A stretch of 64,000 nt of DNA from Pendulispora rubella (GCF_037157805.1 NZ_CP089983.1); one strand, 5' to 3'; shown: positions 1 to 10,425, counted from the stretch's first letter. Program-made: numbers and translations. The notes: a model not told the origin generated them from the letters alone.

Positions 1-592
1 CGAGCGTGGCGCGCACGGCCGGGCGCTCGGTGATGCGCGCGACGTACCCTTGCAGCACCGGCCATTTGGCCAAATCGAGATCGCCACCGAAATGCTTCGT
101 CCAGAGAAGGATCGTGTACAGGTACGCATCGGCCACGGTGAACGTGGAGCCGAGGAGGAACGGCCCTTCGGCGAGCGAGGTGCTGAGGAAGTCGAACGCA
201 CGCGAGAGGTTCGCGATGGTCGTCTGCTTCGTTTGCTCGGGCGTCGTCGGATAGAAGAGCGGCGAAAAGCCTTTGTGGACCTCGGAGGCTACGTAATTGA
301 GCCACTCCTGAACGCGCACGCGCTCGAACGTGCCCGCCTTGGGGGCGAGGTTCGAAGCCGGCGCGAGATCGGCGAGGTACTGAACGATGGCCGCGCCCTC
401 GGTGAGGACTCTCCCGTCGTCGAGGCGAAGGGTCGGAACCTTGCCCTTCGGATTGATGGCTTTGAAATCGTCGCCCGACTTCGTCTTCTTGCTGGCGAGG
501 CTCACGTCCTCAACCTCGACGTTCAGGCCGGCCTCACGAAACACGATGTGCGGAGAAAGCGAACAGGCACCCGGAGACACGTAGAGTTTCAT
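1..592 (-). CDS. Glutathione S-transferase (GstA-like), 5' part only; continues beyond window start
   Basis: Reverse-strand translation from complement ATG at 590-592 reads MKLYVSPGACSLSPHIVFREAGL...KGKVPTLRLDDGRVLTEGAAIVQYLADLAP..., typical GST N-terminal thioredoxin-like domain plus start of C-terminal domain. No stop before position 1; absent from the supplied ORF track (no in-window stop). Confidence 0.8.
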   Translation of the reverse strand, partial: MKLYVSPGACSLSPHIVFREAGLNVEVEDVSLASKKTKSGDDFKAINPKGKVPTLRLDDGRVLTEGAAIVQYLADLAPASNLAPKAGTFERVRVQEWLNYVASEVHKGFSPLFYPTTPEQTKQTTIANLSRAFDFLSTSLAEGPFLLGSTFTVADAYLYTILLWTKHFGGDLDLAKWPVLQGYVARITERPAVRATL

Positions 593-646
593 GACCGCTA
601 ATTTGGGAGCGGCCTCTCTTTCGTCAAGCAGCTTCCTAAAAAGAAG

Positions 647-1723
647 CTACCCGACGGTCGCCATCGTGGCCGCGACCATGATGAGGATGAGGCCGATAGC
701 GACCCAAATGGCCATCCCCACGTGGGCGCCGGCCGAAGCGAGCGACACCGCATGGAGCTCGTCTTCCGCGCCCTCGTCCTCGAAAACGCCGGGCAACGAT
801 GGCAGTTTTCGCGCGCCAGCCGACGGTGCGAACGGAACCGGCGCCGCCATGGGAGGCCGAGGCGGAACGACCGCGGGAACCACAACCGGCGCCGCCGCGC
901 GCGCAGGCGGCAGCGGCGGCGCGACCGGACGCGCATGCGAAGGCGAGGGAGACGACCTCGGCCCATCGACCACGGGCACGTCCCAAACCGGACCCTCGAC
1001 CGCGAACTTCACGGCGTGCGTCGTGACCGCGGGCACGGTTGGACGAGCGTGCTCTTGAACCGGTGGCGGCATCACGCGCGGGGTGGCGGGAGGCGGCGCC
1101 GTCTTGGCCGCGCTCGCCCTGGCCTTCTCGACCTGGTCGGCAAGGGCCATTACCTCGCGGACTTTCGACTCGGGAAAGACCGGGGTGATGGATTCCATGA
1201 ATATGGGCGTGATGCGGTCGCCGTAATTCGGATCGTTCGGATCGTCGATCGACGCGGCATCTTCGATGGCGACGATCTGCGAGGTTTCGACCCAAGCCGG
1301 GGGCACGTCTGCGGAGCCGGCCTTGTTCAACGTCGAGTTCAGCGACGACTCGGCCCACCATTCGACGTCGCTCGCCGAAAGCTCCGGACGCTCCGGCGGC
1401 ATGTTGCGCGAGGCTCGTTTGGCGGAACCACCCGACGACGGCGCTCCTGCAGCGGCCTCCTGTTTCGCCAATGTTTCCGCCCTCGTGATACCGGACTTGG
1501 ACGACGCTTCGGATTCCGCAACGCCCGAACGCCGCGGCGCGGCCAATGGGCGTGCCGTCACGTTCGCCGCGACTCCCGCGGAGATCTGCACACCACTTGG
1601 CGTGGACTCACGGTACCGAGCCCCGTCGGGAAACGGAGGCGCGACCCCACGGCCGGAAGCATCCTTTGCCGAGGGAGGTCGAGGCGTGTCGAGTCCTTCT
1701 TCCTTCTTCTTCGCCATGCTCAT
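647..1723 (-). CDS. Pro/Ala-rich hypothetical protein with C-terminal transmembrane anchor
   Basis: ORF 647..1774 (-); likely start MSMAKKKEEG at 1723. Long low-complexity Pro/Ala region and C-terminal hydrophobic helix (MAIWVAIGLILIMVAATMATVG). No recognisable catalytic motifs; could be over-called in high-GC DNA. Confidence 0.35.
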   Translation of the reverse strand: MSMAKKKEEGLDTPRPPSAKDASGRGVAPPFPDGARYRESTPSGVQISAGVAANVTARPLAAPRRSGVAESEASSKSGITRAETLAKQEAAAGAPSSGGSAKRASRNMPPERPELSASDVEWWAESSLNSTLNKAGSADVPPAWVETSQIVAIEDAASIDDPNDPNYGDRITPIFMESITPVFPESKVREVMALADQVEKARASAAKTAPPPATPRVMPPPVQEHARPTVPAVTTHAVKFAVEGPVWDVPVVDGPRSSPSPSHARPVAPPLPPARAAAPVVVPAVVPPRPPMAAPVPFAPSAGARKLPSLPGVFEDEGAEDELHAVSLASAGAHVGMAIWVAIGLILIMVAATMATVG

Positions 1724-2005
1724 TACTTCGCCCTCGAGCGGACTGCAGCACTTCGGCAACGAGAGGTCCTGCAAGCCCCGAACCCCCCATCAAGACACAC
1801 GCGGCACCATGAACGTGCGATTCGTTGCACACGCACGTGCGACTGTGTGTCGGGACCTTCCTTGTGAATCACCCACCCCCCTTAGAATAGCGCGCGCGAA
1901 CAAAAATCGCCCAGTCGATCCGACTTTTTTATCAAATCTTGCAAGTGATTTCATCATCGCTTTTTGGTTTCAGGTCAAAGAAGAGCAGAGAGTAGAGTTC
2001 ACCAC

Positions 2006-2626
2006 ATGACGCTTGCTTCGTTCTTTTCAGACGACGCGAAGGCCCGAACGTCGGCCGCGGTCAAAGCCGTCGAGGCCTGGACGTCGGCGGAGATCGTCGT
2101 CGCAGCGCGGCGTGCCTCGGGGCATTACCGAGCGGCCGACTACCACGCGGGATTCGCCATCATGGGCGTTCTCGTGGCCTACATGCTCGTCTCTCCTACG
2201 GTTTTCACGTTTGGGACGATCGCGTTGGAAGGTGTCTGCGCCTTTGCCCTCGGTGCGCTTTTGTCCGCGAAGGTGAGCGCCGTTCGCCGTTGGCTGGTTC
2301 GAAAGAACACCCTGGCGGACAACGTCCTGCGCGCAGGCCGCGCAGCCTTTTACGAATTAGGCATTTCCAACACGAGCGGACGCAACGGAATACTCGTCTT
2401 CGTGTCCGCGTTCGAGCGCACCTGCGTCATCGTCCCCGACATTGGGATCCAGGCGGATCAACTGGGTGCAGAGTACAGGCTTGCGTGCGACCGCCTCCAA
2501 CGGGCCACCTACCAAATGGATTTCAACGCGTTTCTCATAGCCCTCGAGCAATTGGGCCCGATCTTGGGCACGGCGATGCCGCGCCGCGAAGACGACGTCA
2601 ACGAACTCCCCGACGAGGTCCAATGA
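2006..2626 (+). CDS. TPM-domain (TLP18.3/Psb32/MOLO-1-type) protein
   Basis: ATG 2006 (MTLASFFSDDAKARTSAAVKAVEAWTSAEIVVAARRASGHY..., GRNGILVFVSAFERTCVIVPDIGIQ) resembles TPM/DUF477 phosphatase-like domain; stop overlaps the next gene's start (ATGA at 2623-2626). Confidence 0.7.
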   Translation: MTLASFFSDDAKARTSAAVKAVEAWTSAEIVVAARRASGHYRAADYHAGFAIMGVLVAYMLVSPTVFTFGTIALEGVCAFALGALLSAKVSAVRRWLVRKNTLADNVLRAGRAAFYELGISNTSGRNGILVFVSAFERTCVIVPDIGIQADQLGAEYRLACDRLQRATYQMDFNAFLIALEQLGPILGTAMPRREDDVNELPDEVQ

Positions 2627-4185
2627 CGCCGCGCACGCGCCGCAGCATTCTATTAATGAGTGGATTCGCTCTGGCGGTCCTCTGCCTCGTCTGCGTCGTT
2701 GCCGTGGCGTTCGCTCGGCCCGGCGGGGGACAATCGTATTCCGGAGGAAGCCGCAGCCGGTCGTCGTCTGGTGGTGGGAGTGGCAGCGGCGGTGGCGATG
2801 GCGGGTTCCTCGTCGAACTGCTCGTATGGCTCGTATTTCGCCACCCCGGAATCGGTATTCCCGTGGTGCTCGTCGTGGTCGTCTTTTTCGTCGGCCGCGC
2901 GATGCTCGGCAACAAAGTCCAGGAATGGTCAACTGCGGCCACCCCGCAGAGCGTCCAACGCGTCCAACGCGTCGAGGCACCCTCTCCTCCTCCCCAGGTA
3001 ATGTCCACGATCCCGCGTTCCGCCTTGGATGCGCTTCGTGCCGTCGATCCCGAGTTCTCCGTCGTCCTGTTCGAGGACTTCGTCTACCTGCTCTATGCCG
3101 AAATCCAACGCGCGCGCTCGGGCGCGGGCCGATTGGCCAGCATCGCCGCATTCCTCTCTCCGCAACTCGCGCAGAACATTCAAGCCGAGGCGGCAGGCGC
3201 CGCGGCCCTCGCCGACGTGCGCGGCATCGTCATCGGGGCCATGCGACTTACCGGCTTTTCAGGAAGCCATAGCGCCACCGTCTCCGTGGAAATCGAGTTC
3301 GAGGTGAACTACGTCGAGGTCAACCGGCAAGGCGGCGAGCAACGCTTCTACGTGACGGATCGCATGGGGCTCTCTCGCGCGCAGGGCGCGAAATCGCGCC
3401 CGCCGGCCCGGGCCCGCACCCTCGATTGCCCCAACTGCGGCGCTCCGCTCGAAAACCTGCGCGGCACCCAATGTGCTTATTGCCAACAAGACGTGGGCGG
3501 CGGCCGCTTCGATTGGAACGTCGGCTACCTCTCCACCATGACCAAGGAGCGCCGCGGCCCCTTGCTCACCGGCGATGTGCAGGAAACCGGCACCAACGAC
3601 CCCACCCTGGTGGATCCGCAAGCCGTACCGCGCATCCACGCCATCGAGCAGCGCGATCCCGCCTTCAACTGGGACGCCTTCACCGGCCGCGCCGCCCACA
3701 TTTTCGGTGCGCTGCAGGGCGCATGGTCCGGGCGCGAAGCCGCGCGCATTCGCCCGTACGTCTCGGACAATCTGTTCCAGTCCATGGTCTATTGGATCGA
3801 TTTGTACCTGCAGGCCAAGTGCCGCAACATGAACGACAACGCGCGCATCCTGCGCATCGACCTGGCCAACGTCCTCTCGGACACGGTGTACGACGCCATC
3901 ACGGTACGCATCTTCGCCGCAGGCGCGGACTACACGATTTCCGACGACGGCAAGGTCCTCTCGGGAAGCCGAACCCGCGAACGAACCTATAGCGAATATT
4001 GGACGTTCATCCGCGGAAGCCAGCGCCAGGGTCCCGCACGCACCGACGCGGCATGTCCGAATTGTGGCGCGCCACTCGACATCAGCATGGTCGGAAATTG
4101 CCAGTTCTGCCGCGCCAAAGTGACAGCCGGTGAATTCGATTGGGTCCTTTCCCGCATCGAGCAGGACGAATCGTATTCCGGGTAA
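2623..4185 (+). CDS. Membrane protein with Gly/Ser-rich linker and two tandem Tim44-like domains, each ending in a CPNCGAPL...CxxC zinc ribbon
   Basis: Start MTPRTRRSILLMSGFALAVLCLVCVVAVAF (TM helix) at 2623, translationally coupled to the TPM gene. Internal duplication: two ~150-aa NTF2/Tim44-like modules each followed by CPNCGAPLx8CxYC / CPNCGAPLx8CQFC. Confidence 0.7.
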   Translation: MTPRTRRSILLMSGFALAVLCLVCVVAVAFARPGGGQSYSGGSRSRSSSGGGSGSGGGDGGFLVELLVWLVFRHPGIGIPVVLVVVVFFVGRAMLGNKVQEWSTAATPQSVQRVQRVEAPSPPPQVMSTIPRSALDALRAVDPEFSVVLFEDFVYLLYAEIQRARSGAGRLASIAAFLSPQLAQNIQAEAAGAAALADVRGIVIGAMRLTGFSGSHSATVSVEIEFEVNYVEVNRQGGEQRFYVTDRMGLSRAQGAKSRPPARARTLDCPNCGAPLENLRGTQCAYCQQDVGGGRFDWNVGYLSTMTKERRGPLLTGDVQETGTNDPTLVDPQAVPRIHAIEQRDPAFNWDAFTGRAAHIFGALQGAWSGREAARIRPYVSDNLFQSMVYWIDLYLQAKCRNMNDNARILRIDLANVLSDTVYDAITVRIFAAGADYTISDDGKVLSGSRTRERTYSEYWTFIRGSQRQGPARTDAACPNCGAPLDISMVGNCQFCRAKVTAGEFDWVLSRIEQDESYSG

Positions 4186-4247
4186 GACGATATCGGCGTA
4201 AGACGGAGTCCGCCTGGTCAAGGTTGGCCGATGGAGGATTTGCCCGC

Positions 4248-6395
4248 ATGCCGCATGCCACCCGAATTCGCATTTCGCTCGGACTCGTCACCCTCGCCTT
4301 TTTGGGCTGTAGCAGCGCCGCACACGATTCGGGGGGCGACGAAGGGCAGGCGCTGCGCGCGGATGCGGCCGCGCCGGGTGCGCCGGGCATCGCGTCCGCC
4401 TGGACCACCGGCGCCAAACAGGGACTGGGCACGTCGACTACGGCCGCATCGAAGATTTGGTACACGATTGGACAAGGCATTACCCACGAGATCTATTACC
4501 CGCAGGTCGACACCGCGAACGTGCAAGACCTGCAATACGTGGTGACCGATGGCTCGTCGTTCATGGAGCTGGAGCGCGACGCCACCACGCACGATGTGCA
4601 ATTGGTCGATCCCAAGGCTCTAGAGTATCGGCAAATCAATACCGCCAAGAGCGGCCGATACCGCATTACGAAAACGTACGTGACCGACCCTGAACGGGCC
4701 ACGATGTTGATTCGTACACGCTTTCAAGTGCTCTCGGGTGGGGCGCTCCAGCTCTACGTACTTTTCAATCCATCGCTCAACAACAGCGGCATGGGCGACA
4801 CCGGCGCGACCGTGAACGGAAAGCTCGTGGCGAGCGACGGGCCGGTGGCGAGCGCGCTCGCCGCCTCCACGGGATTCTCCAGCGCCACCAATGGATACAG
4901 CGGCACCTCGAGCGACGGGTACAACCAACTCCACGACGACCATCGCTTGTCCGGTATTTACGATGCCGCCTCGAGCCCGGGAAACCTCGTCCAAACGGCC
5001 CAGATCCCCGTGGGTACCGACACGAGCTTCACCTTGGCGCTGGCATTCGGCGCCGACCGCACGCAGGCCGCGCAGGCCGCACAAGCTTCCCTCGACCGCG
5101 GGTTTTCCGCCGTCGAATCGTCCTACAAGACGGGATGGCGCAATTACCTGGCCTCCCTTTCGGCCCCGCCGGCCAGCGTCTCCGGCATGACCACGCAGTT
5201 CCACGTGGCGGCTATGACCTTGAAGGCCCACGAGGACAAAACGTACACCGGTGCATTCGTCGCCTCCCTCACCGTGCCGTGGGGACAGGCCATCAACGCC
5301 GACAACAGCAACACCGCCGGTTACCACGCGGTGTGGGCGCGCGACCTTTACGAAATGGGCACGGCGGAAATCGCCATTGGCGATCGGGCCGCGGCGAATC
5401 GTGCGCTCGATTACCTCTTCAACGTGCAACAGCGCCCCGATGGGTCGTATCCCCAGAACACGCGGCTCGATGGAACGCCGGTGTGGGGAAGCCTACAGCT
5501 CGACGAGGTGGCGTTTCCGAGCATCCTCGCATGGCAGCTCGGACGGACGGACGCGGCGGCGTACGCGAAGATCAAGGCCTCGGCGAATTTCCTGGTGGCC
5601 CACGGGCCGTCGACGCCGCAGGAGCGGTGGGAGGAAGCCGGAGGCTACTCGCCGTCGACGCTCGCCGCCGAAATCGCAGGCCTGGTCTGCGCGTCCGACA
5701 TCGCGCAGAAAAACGGTGACACGGCGGCGGCAAACACGTTCCTCGCCACGGCCGATGCCTGGCAGCAAAACGTGGAAGCGTGGACCCTCACCCGAAGCGG
5801 GCACCTCGATGGCAATCCGTATTACGTGCGCATCGACGACAACGGGAATCCCAACGATGGTCACAATCTGTGCATCGCCAACGGCGGCGGATGCCACGAC
5901 GAGCGCGACGTCGTCGATGCGGGCTTTCTCGAGTTGATTCGCCTCGGGGTCAAGCGCCCGAGCGATGCGAACATCGCCGCGTCCCTCGCGGTGGTCGACC
6001 GCTCCATCCGAGTGAACACCCCCGTGGGCGCCATGTGGTACCGCTACAACCACGACGGCTACGGCGAGGCCGACGACGGCGGCCCGTACACCGGCACGGG
6101 ACGAGGCCGACTCTGGCCCATCTTCTCCGGGGAGCGCGGCGAATACGAAATCGCCAACGGCCGCAGCGCCACGTCGTACTTGGCCACGATGGCCGGCAGC
6201 GCGAACCAGGGCTACCTCATTCCGGAGCAAGCCTGGGATCGCCCCGATGCCAACGGCTTCGTCTTTGGCAAAGGCACCGATTCGGCGACCCCGCTGGCCT
6301 GGTCGATGGCGCAGTTCGTCCGCCTCGCGGTATCGATCAGCGCGGGGAAAAACGTGGAGACACCCTCGGTGGTGGCGGCACGGTACGCGCGGTAA
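4248..6395 (+). CDS. Glycoside hydrolase family 15 glucoamylase/glucodextranase, lipoprotein
   Basis: Lipoprotein signal MPHATRIRISLGLVTLAFLGCSS; GH15 motifs AGYHAVWARDLYEMG and PQERWEEAGGYSPSTLAAEIAGL (catalytic WEE); 715 aa. Confidence 0.85.
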   Translation: MPHATRIRISLGLVTLAFLGCSSAAHDSGGDEGQALRADAAAPGAPGIASAWTTGAKQGLGTSTTAASKIWYTIGQGITHEIYYPQVDTANVQDLQYVVTDGSSFMELERDATTHDVQLVDPKALEYRQINTAKSGRYRITKTYVTDPERATMLIRTRFQVLSGGALQLYVLFNPSLNNSGMGDTGATVNGKLVASDGPVASALAASTGFSSATNGYSGTSSDGYNQLHDDHRLSGIYDAASSPGNLVQTAQIPVGTDTSFTLALAFGADRTQAAQAAQASLDRGFSAVESSYKTGWRNYLASLSAPPASVSGMTTQFHVAAMTLKAHEDKTYTGAFVASLTVPWGQAINADNSNTAGYHAVWARDLYEMGTAEIAIGDRAAANRALDYLFNVQQRPDGSYPQNTRLDGTPVWGSLQLDEVAFPSILAWQLGRTDAAAYAKIKASANFLVAHGPSTPQERWEEAGGYSPSTLAAEIAGLVCASDIAQKNGDTAAANTFLATADAWQQNVEAWTLTRSGHLDGNPYYVRIDDNGNPNDGHNLCIANGGGCHDERDVVDAGFLELIRLGVKRPSDANIAASLAVVDRSIRVNTPVGAMWYRYNHDGYGEADDGGPYTGTGRGRLWPIFSGERGEYEIANGRSATSYLATMAGSANQGYLIPEQAWDRPDANGFVFGKGTDSATPLAWSMAQFVRLAVSISAGKNVETPSVVAARYAR

Positions 6396-6408
6396 CGGCT
6401 AGAGGATC

Positions 6409-6555
6409 GAGCACGAGCGCGTGCGCGTGCACGATCACGTGCACGACTGACGCTCACGATCACGTGCACGTTAATCGTGATCGTGATCGTGATCGTGATC
6501 GTGATCGTGATCGTGATCGTGATCGTGGTCGTGAGTCGTGCACGCGCTCGTGCTC
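6409..6555. repeat. Compound palindromic element: 16-bp perfect inverted repeat (GAGCACGAGCGCGTGC...GCACGCGCTCGTGCTC) enclosing CACGTG-containing sub-palindromes and a (TCGTGA)~10 hexanucleotide microsatellite
   Basis: Read directly: inverted-repeat arms at ~6409-6424 and ~6540-6555; perfect tandem tcgtga units from ~6475 to ~6540 (9 perfect plus 2 variant). Lies between convergent genes (glucoamylase stop 6395, lipoprotein stop 6575). Confidence 0.85.
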
Positions 6556-6574
6556 GAAGAGTCGACCAGCTGTC

Positions 6575-7300
6575 TCAATCGATGGTCACATTGTCAAACG
6601 CCACCTGCCACCTGCCACCCCCCACATAGGTGCGCACGCCCAGCGCGACGCCAAACGTCGTCCCGAGCGAGGCATGCAGTGGAAGCTCCACCAGTGCCTC
6701 GCTTCGCCCTCCCACGCGAATCACCACGTAGCCGCTCCCCTCGGCGTAGTTGGCCTCGATATCGACGCGCGTCCATGTCGCCATCGAAAGCGGCGTCGCG
6801 CACACCACGGAGCTGGGCTCGGCGCCCGCCACGAACTCCGCCCCACTGCAGCCCAGGGCATCACCCGCGTTGTTCACGTTGAAGGTCACCTGGTGACCAG
6901 CCGACGTTTCCAACTTGAGAATCGTCGCCCCCGAATCGCCATTTCCCGCCGACTCGACCCGCAGATCGAAGGCCACGTGCACTTGCGTCACCGGTCCTTG
7001 CAACGTCTTCACCAGGTAGGCCACCGCCCGGGCATCCGCCGACGCCCGCACCAGTGCCGCGTTGGGCGAGGAACGCACCGGCTCCGTCACCGTGTCGATC
7101 GTCCCACCACTGCGCAAATCCAGTGAATCCCAGCCGCTTTCCACCGGCCCTTCGTCGAAGTCCGCACACAGCAGATGCCCCGCCGTTCGGCCTTTGCAAA
7201 ACGGGCCATCGCTCGCGCCCTCGCCATCACTTCCACAGCCGGCCGCCGCCAACGACAACGCAACCAACACGCCATACGGCCGTCTACCCATCGGCCGCAC
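6575..7300 (-). CDS. Hypothetical secreted lipoprotein
   Basis: N-terminus MRPMGRRPYGVLVALSLAAAGCGSDGEG (lipobox LAAAGC); beta-rich, no known domain recognised. Last gene of the minus-strand two-component operon. Confidence 0.5.
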   Translation of the reverse strand: MRPMGRRPYGVLVALSLAAAGCGSDGEGASDGPFCKGRTAGHLLCADFDEGPVESGWDSLDLRSGGTIDTVTEPVRSSPNAALVRASADARAVAYLVKTLQGPVTQVHVAFDLRVESAGNGDSGATILKLETSAGHQVTFNVNNAGDALGCSGAEFVAGAEPSSVVCATPLSMATWTRVDIEANYAEGSGYVVIRVGGRSEALVELPLHASLGTTFGVALGVRTYVGGGRWQVAFDNVTID

Positions 7301-7305
7301 TATAC

Positions 7306-9072
7306 TTACGTATTCGACGTTTTTCGGATCTTCACCACGCGATTCATCATTTCGCCCGTATCGTTTTCCGCAGGGCGCGGGCCACTCTCGGTTTCGAACT
7401 TCACGGGGAACCGCACCCAGAACGTGGTGCCCTTCCCCGGCTTCGACATCACCTCCAAGGTGCCGCCGATGCGCCCCAGAAGCTGCACCACCACCGACAA
7501 CCCCACGCCATAGCTGTTTTTCGCGCGCGTGTGCGGATCCGAGCCACCGGCGCGGAACGTCCGCTCGAGATCGTCCGACTTGATGCCGCGCCCCGTGTCG
7601 CTCACGCGAATCACGAGAAAACCGCGCACGCCGTCGACTTCGACGGTGATGGCCCCACGGTCCGTGTACTTTGCAGCATTCGTCAGAAGGTTGTCCAGCA
7701 CCCGGTCGAGCAGCAGCGGGTCCATCTCGATCGAGCCCGGGGCCTCCCGCGTGGCCACGACGGTGGCGCGCACATCGTCGCGACCGTGCACCAAGGCGCG
7801 CACGCGGCGGCGGAGGCGCTCCACCAGGCCGGCAACGTCGATGGTCGTCGGGGCCAGGGTCATCATGTTGCGCTGGGCGGTGGCCACCACCATGAGCTCC
7901 GCGAGCATGCTCCGCATGTGCGCGATCGCGCTCTCCAAATCTTGAACCACCAGCTGGCCCTCGGCGTCGAGAAAGTCGGTATTTTCGCGCAGGAAGTCCG
8001 CGGAGAATTGAATCGCCGTCAGCGGATTGCGCAAATCATGAGAAAATCCGAGCAGCGTCTTTTCACGTGCATCTTGCAAGTGTTCCACGCGCTCGGCAAT
8101 TTGCGCCAAGGTGGCGGAGCGTTCCACGTTCTCTTCCTCGAGCATCCGCGTCCACTCGCGCTGCCGCTGGTGCAAAAGGACAATCTCGCGCCTCGCCTCG
8201 GCTTCTTCGTTGGCCACGCGGCGCAGGGCGTCCGTCACCTCTTCGCGCGTGGTGCGATCGGCACGATCGCCGCGAAACATGTCGTACATATGAGCCAGCG
8301 CGCCCGACAGGACGGGCAACGTCCACCCGATGGGGGTGCCGAGCAGCCCGGGCGATGCGAGCCAGGTGACGAAAGCCACCAATGCGAACGTTGTCACGGC
8401 GAAAAGACCCGTCCGGCCGCTGTACCAATAGAAGTGGTACTCGCAGCATTTGTCGCCACGCGCGACGCACGAGTACTCGCGCACCATCGCCTCGGGCATG
8501 CCCCAGAGCGTGGGCAACTTGCAGGTTTGCGCCTGACGCGAGATGCACACCAGCCGGCTCTCGGGCCGTGACGACGTCCAACGCACACGCGCGTGGTTGC
8601 GTCCCCGGGAGATCAACTTGAACTCGCCCACCCGGGTGTAGAGGCGATTCGACATCTCCAGGGTGCGAAAGACCAGGCTGGGCGCCGGCGCCCAGAGAAA
8701 CAGGCGCGCCGGTCCGTACACCTCGGCCATGCGATGGGTGCACGCCACCTTCAACGTCTCGTCGTCGCCCAAAACCGCCCGGGCATTGGCGAGCAAAAGC
8801 TCCAGCCGCTCCCACGAGATCCACTTATTTTTCCCTTCGAAATCGGCCGCATCGAGCCCGCACGATTGCGCGAACGTCTCCAGCTCCTCCCGCCCGCCGC
8901 GGTCCTCGAGGTAGCGTGCGAGGGGCCACATCAGGCGCAGGTTGAACTCGGGATCCTCGGTGCGGTTTGGCTGGCGCCGGGAAATGGGCGCAACCGAGAT
9001 CCGCTCGGGGCCACGTCGTTGAATCTCCCCCAAGGAGCGCGCCCTATTCGGTGTGGGGACGGTCTCCGCCAT
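7306..9072 (-). CDS. Sensor histidine kinase (HisKA + HATPase_c) with Cys-rich N-terminal domain and internal TM segment
   Basis: H-box FSHDLRNPLTAIQ; G-box DTGRGI, GVGLSVV; TM segment GLFAVTTFALVAFVTWLASPG; N-terminal region with CVARGDKCCEYHFYWY. Exact start uncertain (9072 or an internal Met ~8931). Confidence 0.8.
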   Translation of the reverse strand: MAETVPTPNRARSLGEIQRRGPERISVAPISRRQPNRTEDPEFNLRLMWPLARYLEDRGGREELETFAQSCGLDAADFEGKNKWISWERLELLLANARAVLGDDETLKVACTHRMAEVYGPARLFLWAPAPSLVFRTLEMSNRLYTRVGEFKLISRGRNHARVRWTSSRPESRLVCISRQAQTCKLPTLWGMPEAMVREYSCVARGDKCCEYHFYWYSGRTGLFAVTTFALVAFVTWLASPGLLGTPIGWTLPVLSGALAHMYDMFRGDRADRTTREEVTDALRRVANEEAEARREIVLLHQRQREWTRMLEEENVERSATLAQIAERVEHLQDAREKTLLGFSHDLRNPLTAIQFSADFLRENTDFLDAEGQLVVQDLESAIAHMRSMLAELMVVATAQRNMMTLAPTTIDVAGLVERLRRRVRALVHGRDDVRATVVATREAPGSIEMDPLLLDRVLDNLLTNAAKYTDRGAITVEVDGVRGFLVIRVSDTGRGIKSDDLERTFRAGGSDPHTRAKNSYGVGLSVVVQLLGRIGGTLEVMSKPGKGTTFWVRFPVKFETESGPRPAENDTGEMMNRVVKIRKTSNT

Positions 9073-9214
9073 TGGCCTATGCCCTCTGTGCCAGATCGAA
9101 GCGTACCACTGCGGCGACCGTCTCGGATCGACGCGTGGGGATCGGACATCCTTCCCGAAAGATGTATCCCACGTTGGCGTATGGGTCGCGCCATTCGGCG
9201 CAGACCAAACGGAC

Positions 9215-10425
9215 TCAGCGCTTCACGGGTCCGACGTCCACCCGACCGTACGCATAGAGGATCTCCCGCAGGAAACTCCCCTTGAGATCGAGCCCTCGCA
9301 TGCGCAGGTGGCGCGCATCGCCGAACAGCACGACCTCCGCCGCATCGCGACCGGAGTCGATGCTCGTGAGCACGACCGGTTCGGCGCCGGGGCTTGGCGG
9401 CACGCGACCAATCATGACGCCGCACCCCGAGGGGGGCCGCTTCTCATCGGCTTCCTTGCTGCGCGCGCAGCCGGTCACGATGAACAATTCCTCGTTGGCC
9501 GTCGGATGCCACGCCCATGCTTGGCGAGCGACGAACGGCGAGGACTCGGCCGGGGCCCCCCCGCCCCACTTCTTGCTCCCCGCCCCGGCGAACGGCGCCC
9601 CGAGATCGGCCGGCTTCATGCTTCGCTCGAGCGGCACGCCGGGCTTCACCACCAGATCGTTCGTCTGCGCATTGCGCGGGCCGGCGCAGCAGCGAAAGCC
9701 CATGGTGGGTCCCTTCGACGACGACGGACGCCCGATGGCGTTGGCACAACGCCCGGCGAGCTCGCCGGCGAGCGCGTTGCCTCCGCGCAGCACGCCCAAG
9801 TTCGACTGCGACGAGCCTCGGGCCCATGGGCTTTCGGTCCACTCCCAGACGCCGCCGTGCATGTCCATCACACCGAAGTCGCTCTTGCATTGCACGCGCT
9901 CGCCGGTGGGGCGCTTGGCGGCGTGTTCGACCGCCACGCCCATGCCACAGGCCGAGGCGCGGTAGGCGTCGCCGTACTCGTAGGTGGAATTGTCCGCCCC
10001 CTTGCACGCGCGTTCCCATTCGAACTCGGTGCAGAGGCGCTTGCCCTTGGCCTCGCACAGGTGAGCGGCGTCGTCGCGGGTCACGTTGGATGTGGGGATG
10101 GCGCCCGCTTCGTTCGGGTACGGGAGCGCGTCGATGTAGTAGCCACCCAGCACCATCTCGGCGCCGGGCAACTCTTCGTCCGGCACCCGGGGCACGCGAT
10201 CGGGCGGTGTGCCGGCGCGCAGCACGCCGGGCGGGATCCAGGTCATGCCCGGACGCGGCGCGCCCACCGGCGCCGAGGGAGCGGACGACGGCGCGAGGGT
10301 CGCCGAACCCGTGGACGTCGGTGGCCCGGTGTCCGCGGTCAGTTGCGGATCACGTTTGCGGCAGGCGACCCCCGTCGCCACGGCCAGAACGAGAGTGGCG
10401 GTGGCTGTGACCCACGCGGGGGGAG

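Noticed and set aside
6475-6540. Possible CRISPR array (regular short repeats)
   Set aside because: Units are 6 bp with no intervening unique spacers; this is a microsatellite, not a CRISPR array. No cas genes nearby.
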